Positions 26,964 to 35,663 of a stretch of DNA of 35,716 nt are shown piece after piece (position 1 is the first letter of the stretch; the number at the start of each line of letters is the position of its first letter). Location: the IMG/VR virus record IMGVR_UViG_3300016476_000345, positions 1-35,716 of that record. One strand, written 5' to 3'. This DNA is from a virus (lineage: Duplodnaviria > Caudoviricetes). Both the position numbers and the translations under genes were made by a program. The notes under the pieces were generated by a model. The model made no database searches. It was not told the origin of the DNA and worked only from the letters and a program-made list of their open reading frames with translations.

Positions 26964-27661
26964 TGCTGCACCCCAAACCACTCAGCCGCATAAGCCGGAC
27001 GATTGGCCCGAATCCAGGGAACAGACGCCAGAGTCAGCTTCTGCGCGTCCATTCCCGTCGTCTGCGAACCAACGTGATGCACATACGAACGCGAAAGAAA
27101 GTGAGTAAACCCCGCCGCCGTCAGATCCCGGCAATGGACATCGTCCGAATACCAGTTGAGCGGCGGAAACTTCATCACCTCCCACGCATCCCGTGAGATG
27201 TAGCCGAATATAGGTGAGATCTCCTGCATCGGCAAAATGCAGTCCTCCCACGGGAAGCGAAAGAAGTTCAGATCCTGCCCAAACGGATTGCTTCTGACGT
27301 TTTGCATCGGCCGGGCAGCGTCGCACCTTGAGCAAACCCAGCCGACCATATCTCCAAACTCATCGCCCAGCGTCGCCACATCCTCAAGAAGGTCGCTCAC
27401 GCTCGTGGGTGTGAGGACCACATCATCATTCGCCACCAGGACAAACTCGTGGCCATCAGCAAACGCCGCGTCAATGACCTCGTTGTAGTCCTCGCCGAAA
27501 CTGCGCGGGGCGCCACGCAGTTGCTTGTAGACCTCATGGTGCGGCGCATCAATCGGCGTGCGCAAATACACCTTGGCCTGCGGCGCGTACTCGCGGCAGC
27601 TCGCAAGCATGACCGGCAGGCACCGGCCCTTCGTGCTGGCTACCGCGATGGCGATGCTCAT
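26960..27661 (-). CDS. Glycosyltransferase, GT2-like
   Basis: VANDDV, WYSDD, YVHHVGSQT. Confidence 0.7.
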   Translation of the reverse strand: MSIAIAVASTKGRCLPVMLASCREYAPQAKVYLRTPIDAPHHEVYKQLRGAPRSFGEDYNEVIDAAFADGHEFVLVANDDVVLTPTSVSDLLEDVATLGDEFGDMVGWVCSRCDAARPMQNVRSNPFGQDLNFFRFPWEDCILPMQEISPIFGYISRDAWEVMKFPPLNWYSDDVHCRDLTAAGFTHFLSRSYVHHVGSQTTGMDAQKLTLASVPWIRANRPAYAAEWFGVQQ

Positions 27662-27819
27662 TTCTTCGGCTTCTTCGCCGTCTTGGCCGCTTGCTTAAAA
27701 GCCTGGGCCGTGGGGGCACCGGGCGTGCCCGGCTTTCTCATCTTCTCGCCAGAGCCAGCCTTGATGCGCTCCCTCTTGGCCGCGATGTTGGCGTAAAGGC
27801 CAGCAGGTTTAGTCTTCAT
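27658..27819 (-). CDS. Lys-rich 53-aa protein (not in ORF track)
   Basis: MKTKPAGLYANIAAKRERIKAGSGEKMRKPGTPGAPTAQAFKQAAKTAKKPKK; GAGG RBS; ATGA coupling. Confidence 0.75.
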   Translation of the reverse strand: MKTKPAGLYANIAAKRERIKAGSGEKMRKPGTPGAPTAQAFKQAAKTAKKPKK

Positions 27820-28267
27820 AGTCCTCGCCCTCCATCATTGGCTTGCCATACTCTTCTCCGCCTTCTTCGCCATCTTCCTCTTTGGCGATCCAGGCGCGGC
27901 AGGTCCTCGAAGCAGCGCACTTGAAGTCGAAGATCTCGCAGTAACCCAAGTCGCCAGCGTCAATCGTCGCCCAGGGATCGCCCTCCGGGCCCAGACCCTT
28001 GGCGATGCACTGCAGCATTCCCTCCTCGCGGTTGAAGGCGCCGCAGTTGCCGCAGCGCGACATCTTCGCGTCCTCGGGCGAGACATCCCACTCTTTGGCC
28101 AGCTCGCGCCAGTAGCCCGTATTGGGCAGATTCGGATTCTCGGGCCCATACATCGCAGCCTCGATGGCCTTGCCGCGGTTCTTCAGATTCAGCGTAATGT
28201 CCTGCGTCGCAGGCGGGCAGGTCATGCCTTCCATGTCTTCGCCGTTCATTTCATTCATCGGCATCAC
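27809..28267 (-). CDS. Cys-rich acidic protein
   Basis: CPPATQD, CGNC, GYCEIFDFKCAASRTCRAW. Confidence 0.75.
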   Translation of the reverse strand: MMPMNEMNGEDMEGMTCPPATQDITLNLKNRGKAIEAAMYGPENPNLPNTGYWRELAKEWDVSPEDAKMSRCGNCGAFNREEGMLQCIAKGLGPEGDPWATIDAGDLGYCEIFDFKCAASRTCRAWIAKEEDGEEGGEEYGKPMMEGEDYED

Positions 28268-28440
28268 TTACCCCTTTTCATCATCTTGGCGGGCTTGGAC
28301 TTCCCGGCCTCGGAAAGCGCAATGGCAATCGCCTGCTTAGGGTTCCTCACAACCTTGCCGCCGCCACCCGAGTGCAGCTTGCCCGATTTGAACTCGCCCA
28401 TCACCTTCTCAATCTTCTTGGCAGCCTTGTCATACTTCAT
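28264..28440 (-). CDS. Small basic protein, DUF6496-like (start MKYDK)
   Basis: KVMGEFKSGKLHSG...KQAIAIALSEA. Confidence 0.7.
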   Translation of the reverse strand: MKYDKAAKKIEKVMGEFKSGKLHSGGGGKVVRNPKQAIAIALSEAGKSKPAKMMKRGK

Positions 28441-28472
28441 GGCAATCACCCTTTCGTGGAAAGTAACCCAGA

Positions 28473-29909
28473 TTATGCGACCCGAGGGATGTTTCTGCGA
28501 AGAGGCTGAGACCACTTGCTATTCACAGCCGACCCAAACGCCCCCACCACAGCATCGCCCGCGAAGGTAAGACAAAACGCATCAGCACGGTCGGGGGAGG
28601 GCAATCCGCGCTTACGGATCTCATCCTTGCCCTCAATCTGAATCTTGCCGTTGCTCGTGAACGTATAACGCACCGTCGCAAGTTCGGCCACCAGCATCTC
28701 ATCCTTGGGCAGCCAGCAGTCGCGCGCCTCGAGCCACGCCTTGGCCTTGTACCAAAGCTCCGCCTTCAAATTCCGGTACGTCCCGCCCATCGCCGGAGAC
28801 TCCGCCACGTTGATACCGCGGGCAGGCAATCTCAGCTCCCGCAGACGGTCCACCACGCCAGCGCCCAGACCGATGCTGTCGACCAGAATCTCGCTGGGAC
28901 GCTGAGTCGGTAGCAAAGACTCATACTCCGCCACCACGGCGCCCGTGAGCTGCATCAAGTCAAGGTTCTTCCACGTCTTCACCGGCTCCAAGAGCGCATT
29001 GCCCTGGCGCTTGGCGAGCGCGCTTCGGTCACTGCCAAACCGGGCCACGTCCAGACCCCACACCACTGGCGCGTGCGCGCTCGGTGTAACGTCCCGCGCC
29101 ATCGCCATCTCAAGCAATTCCATCGGGATGACGGTGTCGTCATCACTACGCGGAAACTCACCCAAAACACGAATCCGATACGCGTTGCTCTCCTCGCCGT
29201 AACGCGACTTCATCTCCTCGATGTACGCCTTGCTCACCCGCGGCGAGTCCTCGCAGTTGACGCGCATCGTCACCCAGTCACCCGCTAGGCGGTTATGGGT
29301 GTCGTAGAAGAACCCGCTAGAGCGCACCGGGTTGCCCAAAAGCAACGTCACGGCAGCATGACCCGACATCGAGCCCGCCGCGGCCTCGAAGACCTGCTCA
29401 GGAATACCCGACGCCTCATCGGCCACCAGCATGACGTTGTCGCTGTGCACGCCCTGCAGGGCCTCGGGCTGCTCGGCCCGGCTCGTCCTGGCCGATATGA
29501 ACGCCTCGGTGTTGGCGTCCTTGACCTCGATGCGGTCCTGCTTGACCTCAAGCTGGTCCGCGAGCATCGGGGGAAGGACTTTCACCCAGCGCTTCACCTC
29601 CGCGAAGAGCGCGTCATAAAGCTGGCTGGAGGTGGGGGCCGTGACGACGATCTTCACCGGGAAGCGCAGAAACAGATACCACAGCATCGCCCACGCAGCA
29701 GCCGTCGACTTGCCCACGCCGTGGCCACTACGGACACTGATACGCCTGTTGCCTTTGGCAATGTGCGTCAGGAATTCCACCTGCCAGACGTCCGGCGTGG
29801 TGTTTAGCACCTCGCGAACAAACAAGACCGGGTTCATCTTGTAGCGCTTGACGAAGTCCACAAAGGGGTTATTCGCCAAGTCAATCTCAGAATTTTTTTT
29901 CTGGGACAC
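28473..29909 (-). CDS. terL: Terminase large subunit (start uncertain; GTG 29909 chosen)
   Basis: Walker A SGHGVGKS, Walker B VADEASG, GNP, nuclease GLDVARFGSD, SPDRADA. Confidence 0.92.
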   Translation of the reverse strand: MSQKKNSEIDLANNPFVDFVKRYKMNPVLFVREVLNTTPDVWQVEFLTHIAKGNRRISVRSGHGVGKSTAAAWAMLWYLFLRFPVKIVVTAPTSSQLYDALFAEVKRWVKVLPPMLADQLEVKQDRIEVKDANTEAFISARTSRAEQPEALQGVHSDNVMLVADEASGIPEQVFEAAAGSMSGHAAVTLLLGNPVRSSGFFYDTHNRLAGDWVTMRVNCEDSPRVSKAYIEEMKSRYGEESNAYRIRVLGEFPRSDDDTVIPMELLEMAMARDVTPSAHAPVVWGLDVARFGSDRSALAKRQGNALLEPVKTWKNLDLMQLTGAVVAEYESLLPTQRPSEILVDSIGLGAGVVDRLRELRLPARGINVAESPAMGGTYRNLKAELWYKAKAWLEARDCWLPKDEMLVAELATVRYTFTSNGKIQIEGKDEIRKRGLPSPDRADAFCLTFAGDAVVGAFGSAVNSKWSQPLRRNIPRVA

Positions 29910-30096
29910 GTTTTTTTGTGGGGGTGGGTAGGGGGGGTGTGGCGATGTGATTATGTGCGCAAATGAGGGATGCGTCACTTAGGCGATTCGGGGATCGTGG
30001 GATCGGTAGGCGTTCGGCGGCGTCACCGTCGCCCCCGCCGCCGCGCAGACCGGGGGGGGTCCAGCGAGGTCGCCTGGCCAGGTGGCCGCTGGCCAC

Positions 30097-30322
30097 TGTG
30101 GACAAGTCCGCGCCGCGGTCGGTCGGTGCGGCGCGTGGCCTCGTTGCGCTAAGTCATTGATTCTGTTGCTCTCTTGCGCGAAGCTTACAGAATGAATGAT
30201 ATACAACCTCCATTATGTCAAATTGTGCGACGTGCAAATGCGTTGTTTTGCTTAATTCGTCAGCACTCGACCCCGTTTCCACAGGCTTATGTGGACAACT
30301 TTGGCGTGACCTCTGTGGATAT
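30097..30322. promoter_or_regulatory. Cluster of DnaA-box-like 9-mers and an IHF consensus site
   Basis: TGTGGACAA 30097-30105 and 30290-30298, GTTTCCACA 30275-30283, TGTGGATAT 30314-30322; AATCAATGACTTA (minus) 30150-30162 fits WATCAANNNNTTR. Confidence 0.45.
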
Positions 30323-30730
30323 GTCCTCGACGACCTCGACGTGGCGCAGCGCGTTCATGCGCAGGTCCTGGACGTTAATGTTGATTTGCTGCGCCTTTTG
30401 TAGGCCGTAAGTCTTCTGGTCCCACCGCTCGGCGATCCATTGCCGCGTTTTGATGCGGAGCGCCGCCCGCGAGGGATGGTCTTCCTCCAGCTCGTCGGCG
30501 ATCTGGATCGTCTCAACCGCCAACGAATCAGCGGCATGCGTGCGCGCGCGCGTTATTTTAGACGCCAAGTCATTCTCGTCAATGAAGACGTCCAGAGCTC
30601 GCTTGCCGATGCCCAGGCCGATGCAGATGTCCGCGATGGATTTGCCACTCTCGAACATGGCGATGATCGTGTCTTCCCCGATCTTGTTGAGCAGCTCGAG
30701 GTCGGACTTCTTCTTCGGCGTCCCAGCCAT
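30287..30730 (-). CDS. terS: Terminase small subunit
   Basis: N-terminal HTH, AR...AD.LA......AD, LRIKTRQWIA...YG; upstream of terL. Confidence 0.8.
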   Translation of the reverse strand: MAGTPKKKSDLELLNKIGEDTIIAMFESGKSIADICIGLGIGKRALDVFIDENDLASKITRARTHAADSLAVETIQIADELEEDHPSRAALRIKTRQWIAERWDQKTYGLQKAQQININVQDLRMNALRHVEVVEDISTEVTPKLST

Positions 30731-30781
30731 TTAACGGTCCTCCAAACAGTTTTTCAGCATTCAGGCTACCACCCTACGGTC

Positions 30782-31474
30782 TCACCGCTTCTCGCGCTTC
30801 TTAAGCGATTCTGCGGCCTTGGTGTTGAACATTTTAGGGAGATTGTCTGGCTCGTTAAAGTCCAGGTCGTTTTCCATGTCCTCGAACCCGGAAAGACCGC
30901 CAGCCAGTTTCGGGGCATCCTCGACCTTGACCAGCGTAGCCGGAATCCCGAGTTCCGCTTTAAGCCTTGCCACCTCCGAGCCCAGATTGCTTTTCAGCAA
31001 GAGGGCAAGTTCCTGCATTGACCAGATGTGCCGATTCGTCACGTCCGGCCTGGCGCGTTGATACGCAACGGCGTCCTGCTCTGTTCGGACGACTGCCATG
31101 ACGGACCCGTCGTCCATTTCCCATTCGACCGCCTTGACATCCTCCACGGGCGCAATGCCTTCCGCAGTAGCCCAGGCATCTAGGGCCCGGTATGCGCGAA
31201 TCATCCCATCGCAGGCCGCCTTGACCTTCTCCACGCTCTGCGAGTTCCCTGCTGCCCAGACCCTTTCCTGCTGAGTCCAGAATTTAATACGAAACTCCGA
31301 ATCAACCATATTGATTACACGACCCACACCCCAGCGCTTCTCGTGCTCCTGCTTGACGCGATCAAGCTCCACCAGCCTGGACTTCCATGTCCTTGAGAAC
31401 TCCGACTCCGGAAAGTTGAGTTGCTCGGTCGTTGGCAGCTTTCCCGCCACGGGTTTGAGGTTTTTGTTTTTCAT
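30782..31474 (-). CDS. Conserved hypothetical protein (start MKNKNLK)
   Basis: RWGVGR, GMIRAY.ALD; GGAG RBS; between origin and terS. Confidence 0.7.
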   Translation of the reverse strand: MKNKNLKPVAGKLPTTEQLNFPESEFSRTWKSRLVELDRVKQEHEKRWGVGRVINMVDSEFRIKFWTQQERVWAAGNSQSVEKVKAACDGMIRAYRALDAWATAEGIAPVEDVKAVEWEMDDGSVMAVVRTEQDAVAYQRARPDVTNRHIWSMQELALLLKSNLGSEVARLKAELGIPATLVKVEDAPKLAGGLSGFEDMENDLDFNEPDNLPKMFNTKAAESLKKREKR

Positions 31475-31499
31475 CTTTCTGTTCTCCGTCTTCAATCAT

Positions 31500-31766
31500 C
31501 GGTCAAACGACCAGATCGGGCGGTCACATCGGTGCAAGGTATACCCTTGCACCGATTTGACCGGCTTTTGACCGACTTTCTCGCCTGGTCAAATCGGCTC
31601 CATTTGACCGTCCATTTGCCCATTTGACCACTGAAAAAGTATTCTTATTGCTTGTCATTTTGATAGCTGATTTGCCTGTTTTTTAAGCAGCTCATATCGA
31701 CCCCGTAAAAATGAATCAATTGATGTTACTTCGAGGCTGTCAAATCGGTGTTTTACGTGTTTGACC
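31500..31766. repeat. Putative replication origin: TTTGACC repeats, long palindrome, AT-rich tract
   Basis: Seven exact TTTGACC/GGTCAAA copies; 19-bp inverted repeat 31521-31563; AT-rich 31630-31730; directly after primase-helicase. Confidence 0.65.
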
Positions 31767-31769
31767 ATG

Positions 31770-33845
31770 CTAAAAGTTCTCATTTTTAGGATGCTCATCC
31801 TCCTCGATCCAAGCCCAATCGCCTTCAATCCTGACATTGGCGGGACGGCTGGACTCGCTCCTTGCGCGCCGCCATGCTGCTCGGAATGCTTCAATGCCGT
31901 CCTCGTCGGTGCCCATCTTTTGAGCGAAATGCTCCTTCCAGTCGTCCATCCTCACGCATTTCCTGATGCCGACTGACACCTTCCAATGTGTTCCTTTAGC
32001 GTTAATTGCTTGCCTCAGTGATTCGATTGCGACTGTTTGCCGCCTGCCCCTTCCTGAGCGATTTAGATTTACTCTCCTTGACTCATCCATCCTATCTTTG
32101 ACCGCTTCATCGGATGGGTTGACTGCCAAGGACTTGCGCGGCTCATCAAGGCTTAGCGGATTGTTGTCCTTCTCGTCGATCTCGATTTCCACCATCTCGA
32201 ACCCGTATCTCACGCCGTCCTCGCCGTCCTTTTGCTTGCTGACGGTGACCACGCCCCGCGGCTGGTCGTCGAATCTGAGGAGCTCGAGCTCGGTGTCTAC
32301 GGCGCCGAGCAGTGAGGAGTGACCGCGTAGCCCTTTGGCCTGGTCCTTGCCGCTGTGGTGGATGACGAGGAGTGCCGACTCGAAGACCTGCTGCAGGTGC
32401 CCGCAGCTGGTGATGAAGGCGCCCATGTCTTCACTGCTGTTCTCATTGCCCCCGCCGAAGGCCCTTGCCAGCGTATCGATGACGATAAGGTCAATCTTGA
32501 GCTGGCGGGTTTCGGCGAGTTCGGCGACCGCCAGCATGAGGCTGTTGATGTCCTCAGCGCTGGATCGGAGGTTGATCTGGTGACGCAGGATGTAGATGGG
32601 TATGCTCTCGTCTATGCCGTGGTGAATTCGGCAGGCTTTGATGCGCGCTCCGATGCCGCCATGGCCTTCGCCTGCGATGTAGACGACCGCCCCGTTGTCG
32701 CTTGGCGTCGCCTCCTGGCCCATCCACTGCGTGCCGCGGGCAATGGCGGCTGCCAGGTCCAGCGCAATGAAGGACTTGAAGCTGCCGGGCGGTCCGTACA
32801 GCGCCACGAAACCCTTCTTCGGGATAACCCTATTCACGAGCCATTCGACCGGCTCGTCCTTAATCTCGTCCCATGCCTCGAGGACGAGCTGCTTTCTTGG
32901 AGGCTGATTCTGCTGTTGCTGGTTTACGACGTTTGCTTGCTGCGCGTCCGCGGGTGGTGCCGGTGTGGTTTCCGGCGTTTCCACGGGCGGCTTGTCCTTA
33001 AGCCTGGCTGGCGCCTGGACCTCGTTTTCCGAGGTGATGGGCGCTTGCGCCTTCACCAGGTCGGCGAGGTCCTGGCGCGTTTTGCCTTGGCTGTAGATCC
33101 ACTCGTAAGCGTCGTCGCCCTGCTCCTCTCCCCCTAAGTCCACGACCCGGACTGACTTGGCGACCTGGAGGATCTTTGCCGCGGCTTTCTTGGCGTATTT
33201 CCAGCCTGGTGCGTCGTTGTCCGGCAGGATCACGACGTTGGCACCGGCAAAGTATTCCGTGATCGCGTCGGGCCAGGTTCCTGACCCGGCGTGGCTGGAA
33301 GTGGCGACACTGCCCAGCGAAATGATCGCGTCGGCCGCTTTCTCGCCTTCGGTGAGGTAGACGTAACGGCCTTTGCCGATGGCGTCCAGGAGCTCAGGCA
33401 GCTTATACGGAACGATGCGGGCGTCGCCCAGTGTTGCGTGCCTGCGCCCGGCTTCGTCGACCTTGATGAGGCGGTAGTCCTTGCCTTTGGCGTCGTGGGT
33501 CTTGTAGCGTTGCTTGATGAAGAGGGTCACGCCCTCCTCGTCTGTGTAGTGCCATTCCTGCTCAAGCTGGCGGGTGATGGGCTTGATGAGAGCGAGCGGC
33601 TCGACGTTGCGGGTCTCTAGCTCCGGCAGCAACCCGCGTTCGCGGATGACCTGGAAGACGGTCTGCTGGTCGCACCCTCCGTGGCAGTGGAAGAGCGGTT
33701 TCCCGTCCGGGCCTTCGCTGATGGATAGGGACGGGTTCTTGTCTCCGTTTCCTCTGCCGTGGCCTGGAACCGGGCAGCTTGCGAGCCATTGGCCGTTGAC
33801 CTTCTTGGCGTTGCCTAGCTGCTTGGCGATTTCTTCGGCTTGCAT
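31770..33845 (-). CDS. Primase-helicase (Zn finger, Toprim, AAA_25/RepA-like SF4 helicase)
   Basis: CPVPGH...HCHGGC, EGEKAAD, PDND, GPPGSFKS, IVIDT, IHHSGK, RGHSSL. Confidence 0.9.
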   Translation of the reverse strand: MQAEEIAKQLGNAKKVNGQWLASCPVPGHGRGNGDKNPSLSISEGPDGKPLFHCHGGCDQQTVFQVIRERGLLPELETRNVEPLALIKPITRQLEQEWHYTDEEGVTLFIKQRYKTHDAKGKDYRLIKVDEAGRRHATLGDARIVPYKLPELLDAIGKGRYVYLTEGEKAADAIISLGSVATSSHAGSGTWPDAITEYFAGANVVILPDNDAPGWKYAKKAAAKILQVAKSVRVVDLGGEEQGDDAYEWIYSQGKTRQDLADLVKAQAPITSENEVQAPARLKDKPPVETPETTPAPPADAQQANVVNQQQQNQPPRKQLVLEAWDEIKDEPVEWLVNRVIPKKGFVALYGPPGSFKSFIALDLAAAIARGTQWMGQEATPSDNGAVVYIAGEGHGGIGARIKACRIHHGIDESIPIYILRHQINLRSSAEDINSLMLAVAELAETRQLKIDLIVIDTLARAFGGGNENSSEDMGAFITSCGHLQQVFESALLVIHHSGKDQAKGLRGHSSLLGAVDTELELLRFDDQPRGVVTVSKQKDGEDGVRYGFEMVEIEIDEKDNNPLSLDEPRKSLAVNPSDEAVKDRMDESRRVNLNRSGRGRRQTVAIESLRQAINAKGTHWKVSVGIRKCVRMDDWKEHFAQKMGTDEDGIEAFRAAWRRARSESSRPANVRIEGDWAWIEEDEHPKNENF

Positions 33846-33869
33846 TCGTAGCCTTCAGTTTTTAGAGTC

Positions 33870-33896
33870 AAAAAAACCGGGGCCCTCCGCCCCGGT
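33870..33896 (-). terminator. Terminator after SSB-like gene
   Basis: ACCGGGGC-GGAGG-GCCCCGG followed by a T7 run on the minus strand. Confidence 0.75.
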
Positions 33897-33912
33897 GTTG
33901 CTTGGCTGGATG

Positions 33913-34497
33913 TTAGAACATCTCTTCTTCGTCAGCCGCCGCCGCAGGCGCCGCTGCCACAGCCCTAACGGGCGCAGGCGCTGCTGCAGGCGCAGGTGCC
34001 GCATACTCCTCGGCCTCTTGGGGCGCGTCCATACCCGCAGGACGGTCGATCCACTGCACGATGGCGAATTGCGGGATACGGGTGGTGCCCTTGCCGATCT
34101 TCTCCATCTTGGAGCCCTTGTATTCGACCACAGGCAGCTTGCCCGCGTTGGCCTCGCGTTCCGCGGCGCAAGCCGTGTAGAGTTGCTCGAGTCCCATGTT
34201 GGGGCCCACGCCGTTGGAGGACCACGACGCAGTACCGATTTCCTTGTTGTAGAACGTCACCTCGAACCCGCGCTTATGGTCGGGGCTGGGCTGCGCGCCT
34301 TTCTTGCCGAGCTGTTGATCTGGTTGCCAGTCGCGGACACCGACGCCCAGATGCAGCCATCCGGTCTTGACGTTGTCGATGTCGAAGACGACTTTTTTCA
34401 GTTGCACTTCCTCGCCGTTGGAGTTGGTCCAGGCATTGGCCTGGGGAGAGAAGCGCAGGAAGTTGGCGTTGCCGCCGCCAGAAGAGAGGTTAAGCAT
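33913..34497 (-). CDS. Single-stranded DNA-binding-like protein
   Basis: Beta-rich core, Ala/Pro linker, acidic tail ending DEEEMF; between nuclease and primase. Confidence 0.6.
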   Translation of the reverse strand: MLNLSSGGGNANFLRFSPQANAWTNSNGEEVQLKKVVFDIDNVKTGWLHLGVGVRDWQPDQQLGKKGAQPSPDHKRGFEVTFYNKEIGTASWSSNGVGPNMGLEQLYTACAAEREANAGKLPVVEYKGSKMEKIGKGTTRIPQFAIVQWIDRPAGMDAPQEAEEYAAPAPAAAPAPVRAVAAAPAAAADEEEMF

Positions 34498-34556
34498 TTC
34501 GCGTTTCGCTTTCGTGAGTTAAGAGTGTTGTCAGTTATCCCCTTGCGGGGGTTGGA

Positions 34557-35663
34557 TTATTGACGCAGGCTTGCGTCTCTTGCAATGGTGACGCCTGAGC
34601 TTTCCTTAACGGTCAACTCTTCCAGCATCTCCTTTTGCTCTTTGCCCAGCAGCTTCTCTGCTGCTGCTGGCGTAATGAATTCGGTGATGTAGAGTTCTTC
34701 CGCATCAATACCGGCCTCGATCAATGCTTCTTTCGCTTTCTCTTCGTCCGCCCACTTGCGCGTGGCTCGCTTGGGCGCGAGCTGCCAGCCGGGCAGAGTG
34801 CCCCCGCCCTTCATGCGCTCGAGGGCGTGCTTTCTCAGCGTCTCGATGAACGACTCGACGATGGGCGCGCGATTGAGAAGGTCGCTCACCTGCTCGTCAG
34901 TGAGCGTGACCATCACGGCCTTGATGTCCTCTTTGGTCATCGTGGTCACATTGGGCTGGGCCTCGATCACCGCGAATGCCTCCTGCTGCGCCGGGCACGT
35001 GAGCTTGGCCGGGCAGTACTGGCAGGCTTTGTCGGAGGGCTGCGGCTTTTGCGCTGGGTCGATGGCTGCATTGATGGCCGGCTGCAGGACCGTCTTTTCC
35101 CACTTGCGCAGGTCCTTGATGGTCATGACGTGCTTACGCATCTCGCCGTGGCGGGGCTGGATGACGCGAAGCTCGACGTGCTTGACCCAGTCAATGCCCA
35201 GCGTCTCGAGCGCCGCCAGCGCATAGATCTTCATCTGGTCGTTGTCCTCATCGACGTAGCCCGAGCCCGTCTTGAGGTCGGCCACGATGATGGCGTCCTG
35301 GTTAAACCCGAGAACGTCGGCGGTGCCCTTGAGGACAACGTCCGTCGTGTCGCAGTACGTCACGTGCTGCTCGACACGAATGTTTTGATGGCCCACGAGC
35401 TGCTCGATCTTCTTGATCTCGTCGATGTGCTGCTGCGCCATCTCGCAGTGCCAGGTGCCCATGATGACGCCTTCGATCTCCTTGCCGACGCTGTCCAGCG
35501 GGTTGGTGTCGAAGAGGTAGCAGGACTCGGCGAGCGCGTGAATGGCGGTGCCCGCCATGGCTGCATCGCCGCTGGGCGTGGGCGGGATGTCCTTGGACAA
35601 GAGGGCGCTTGCCGGGCAGGCGATCCAGCGCGAGGCGGCAGAGGGGCGTAGTTTTAAGGTCAT
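34557..35663 (-). CDS. DUF2800 / Cas4-like PD-(D/E)XK nuclease
   Basis: PSAASRWIACP, GTAIH, GTAD...DLKTG, QMKIYA, CQYCPAKLTCP. Confidence 0.85.
   Translation of the reverse strand: MTLKLRPSAASRWIACPASALLSKDIPPTPSGDAAMAGTAIHALAESCYLFDTNPLDSVGKEIEGVIMGTWHCEMAQQHIDEIKKIEQLVGHQNIRVEQHVTYCDTTDVVLKGTADVLGFNQDAIIVADLKTGSGYVDEDNDQMKIYALAALETLGIDWVKHVELRVIQPRHGEMRKHVMTIKDLRKWEKTVLQPAINAAIDPAQKPQPSDKACQYCPAKLTCPAQQEAFAVIEAQPNVTTMTKEDIKAVMVTLTDEQVSDLLNRAPIVESFIETLRKHALERMKGGGTLPGWQLAPKRATRKWADEEKAKEALIEAGIDAEELYITEFITPAAAEKLLGKEQKEMLEELTVKESSGVTIARDASLRQ

Noticed and set aside
31500-31766. Repeats as a mini CRISPR array
   Set aside because: Repeats are only 7 nt, in both orientations and irregularly spaced
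34557-35663. Cas4-like gene as evidence of CRISPR-Cas
   Set aside because: No array or other cas genes; solo Cas4-like nucleases are common in phage replication modules
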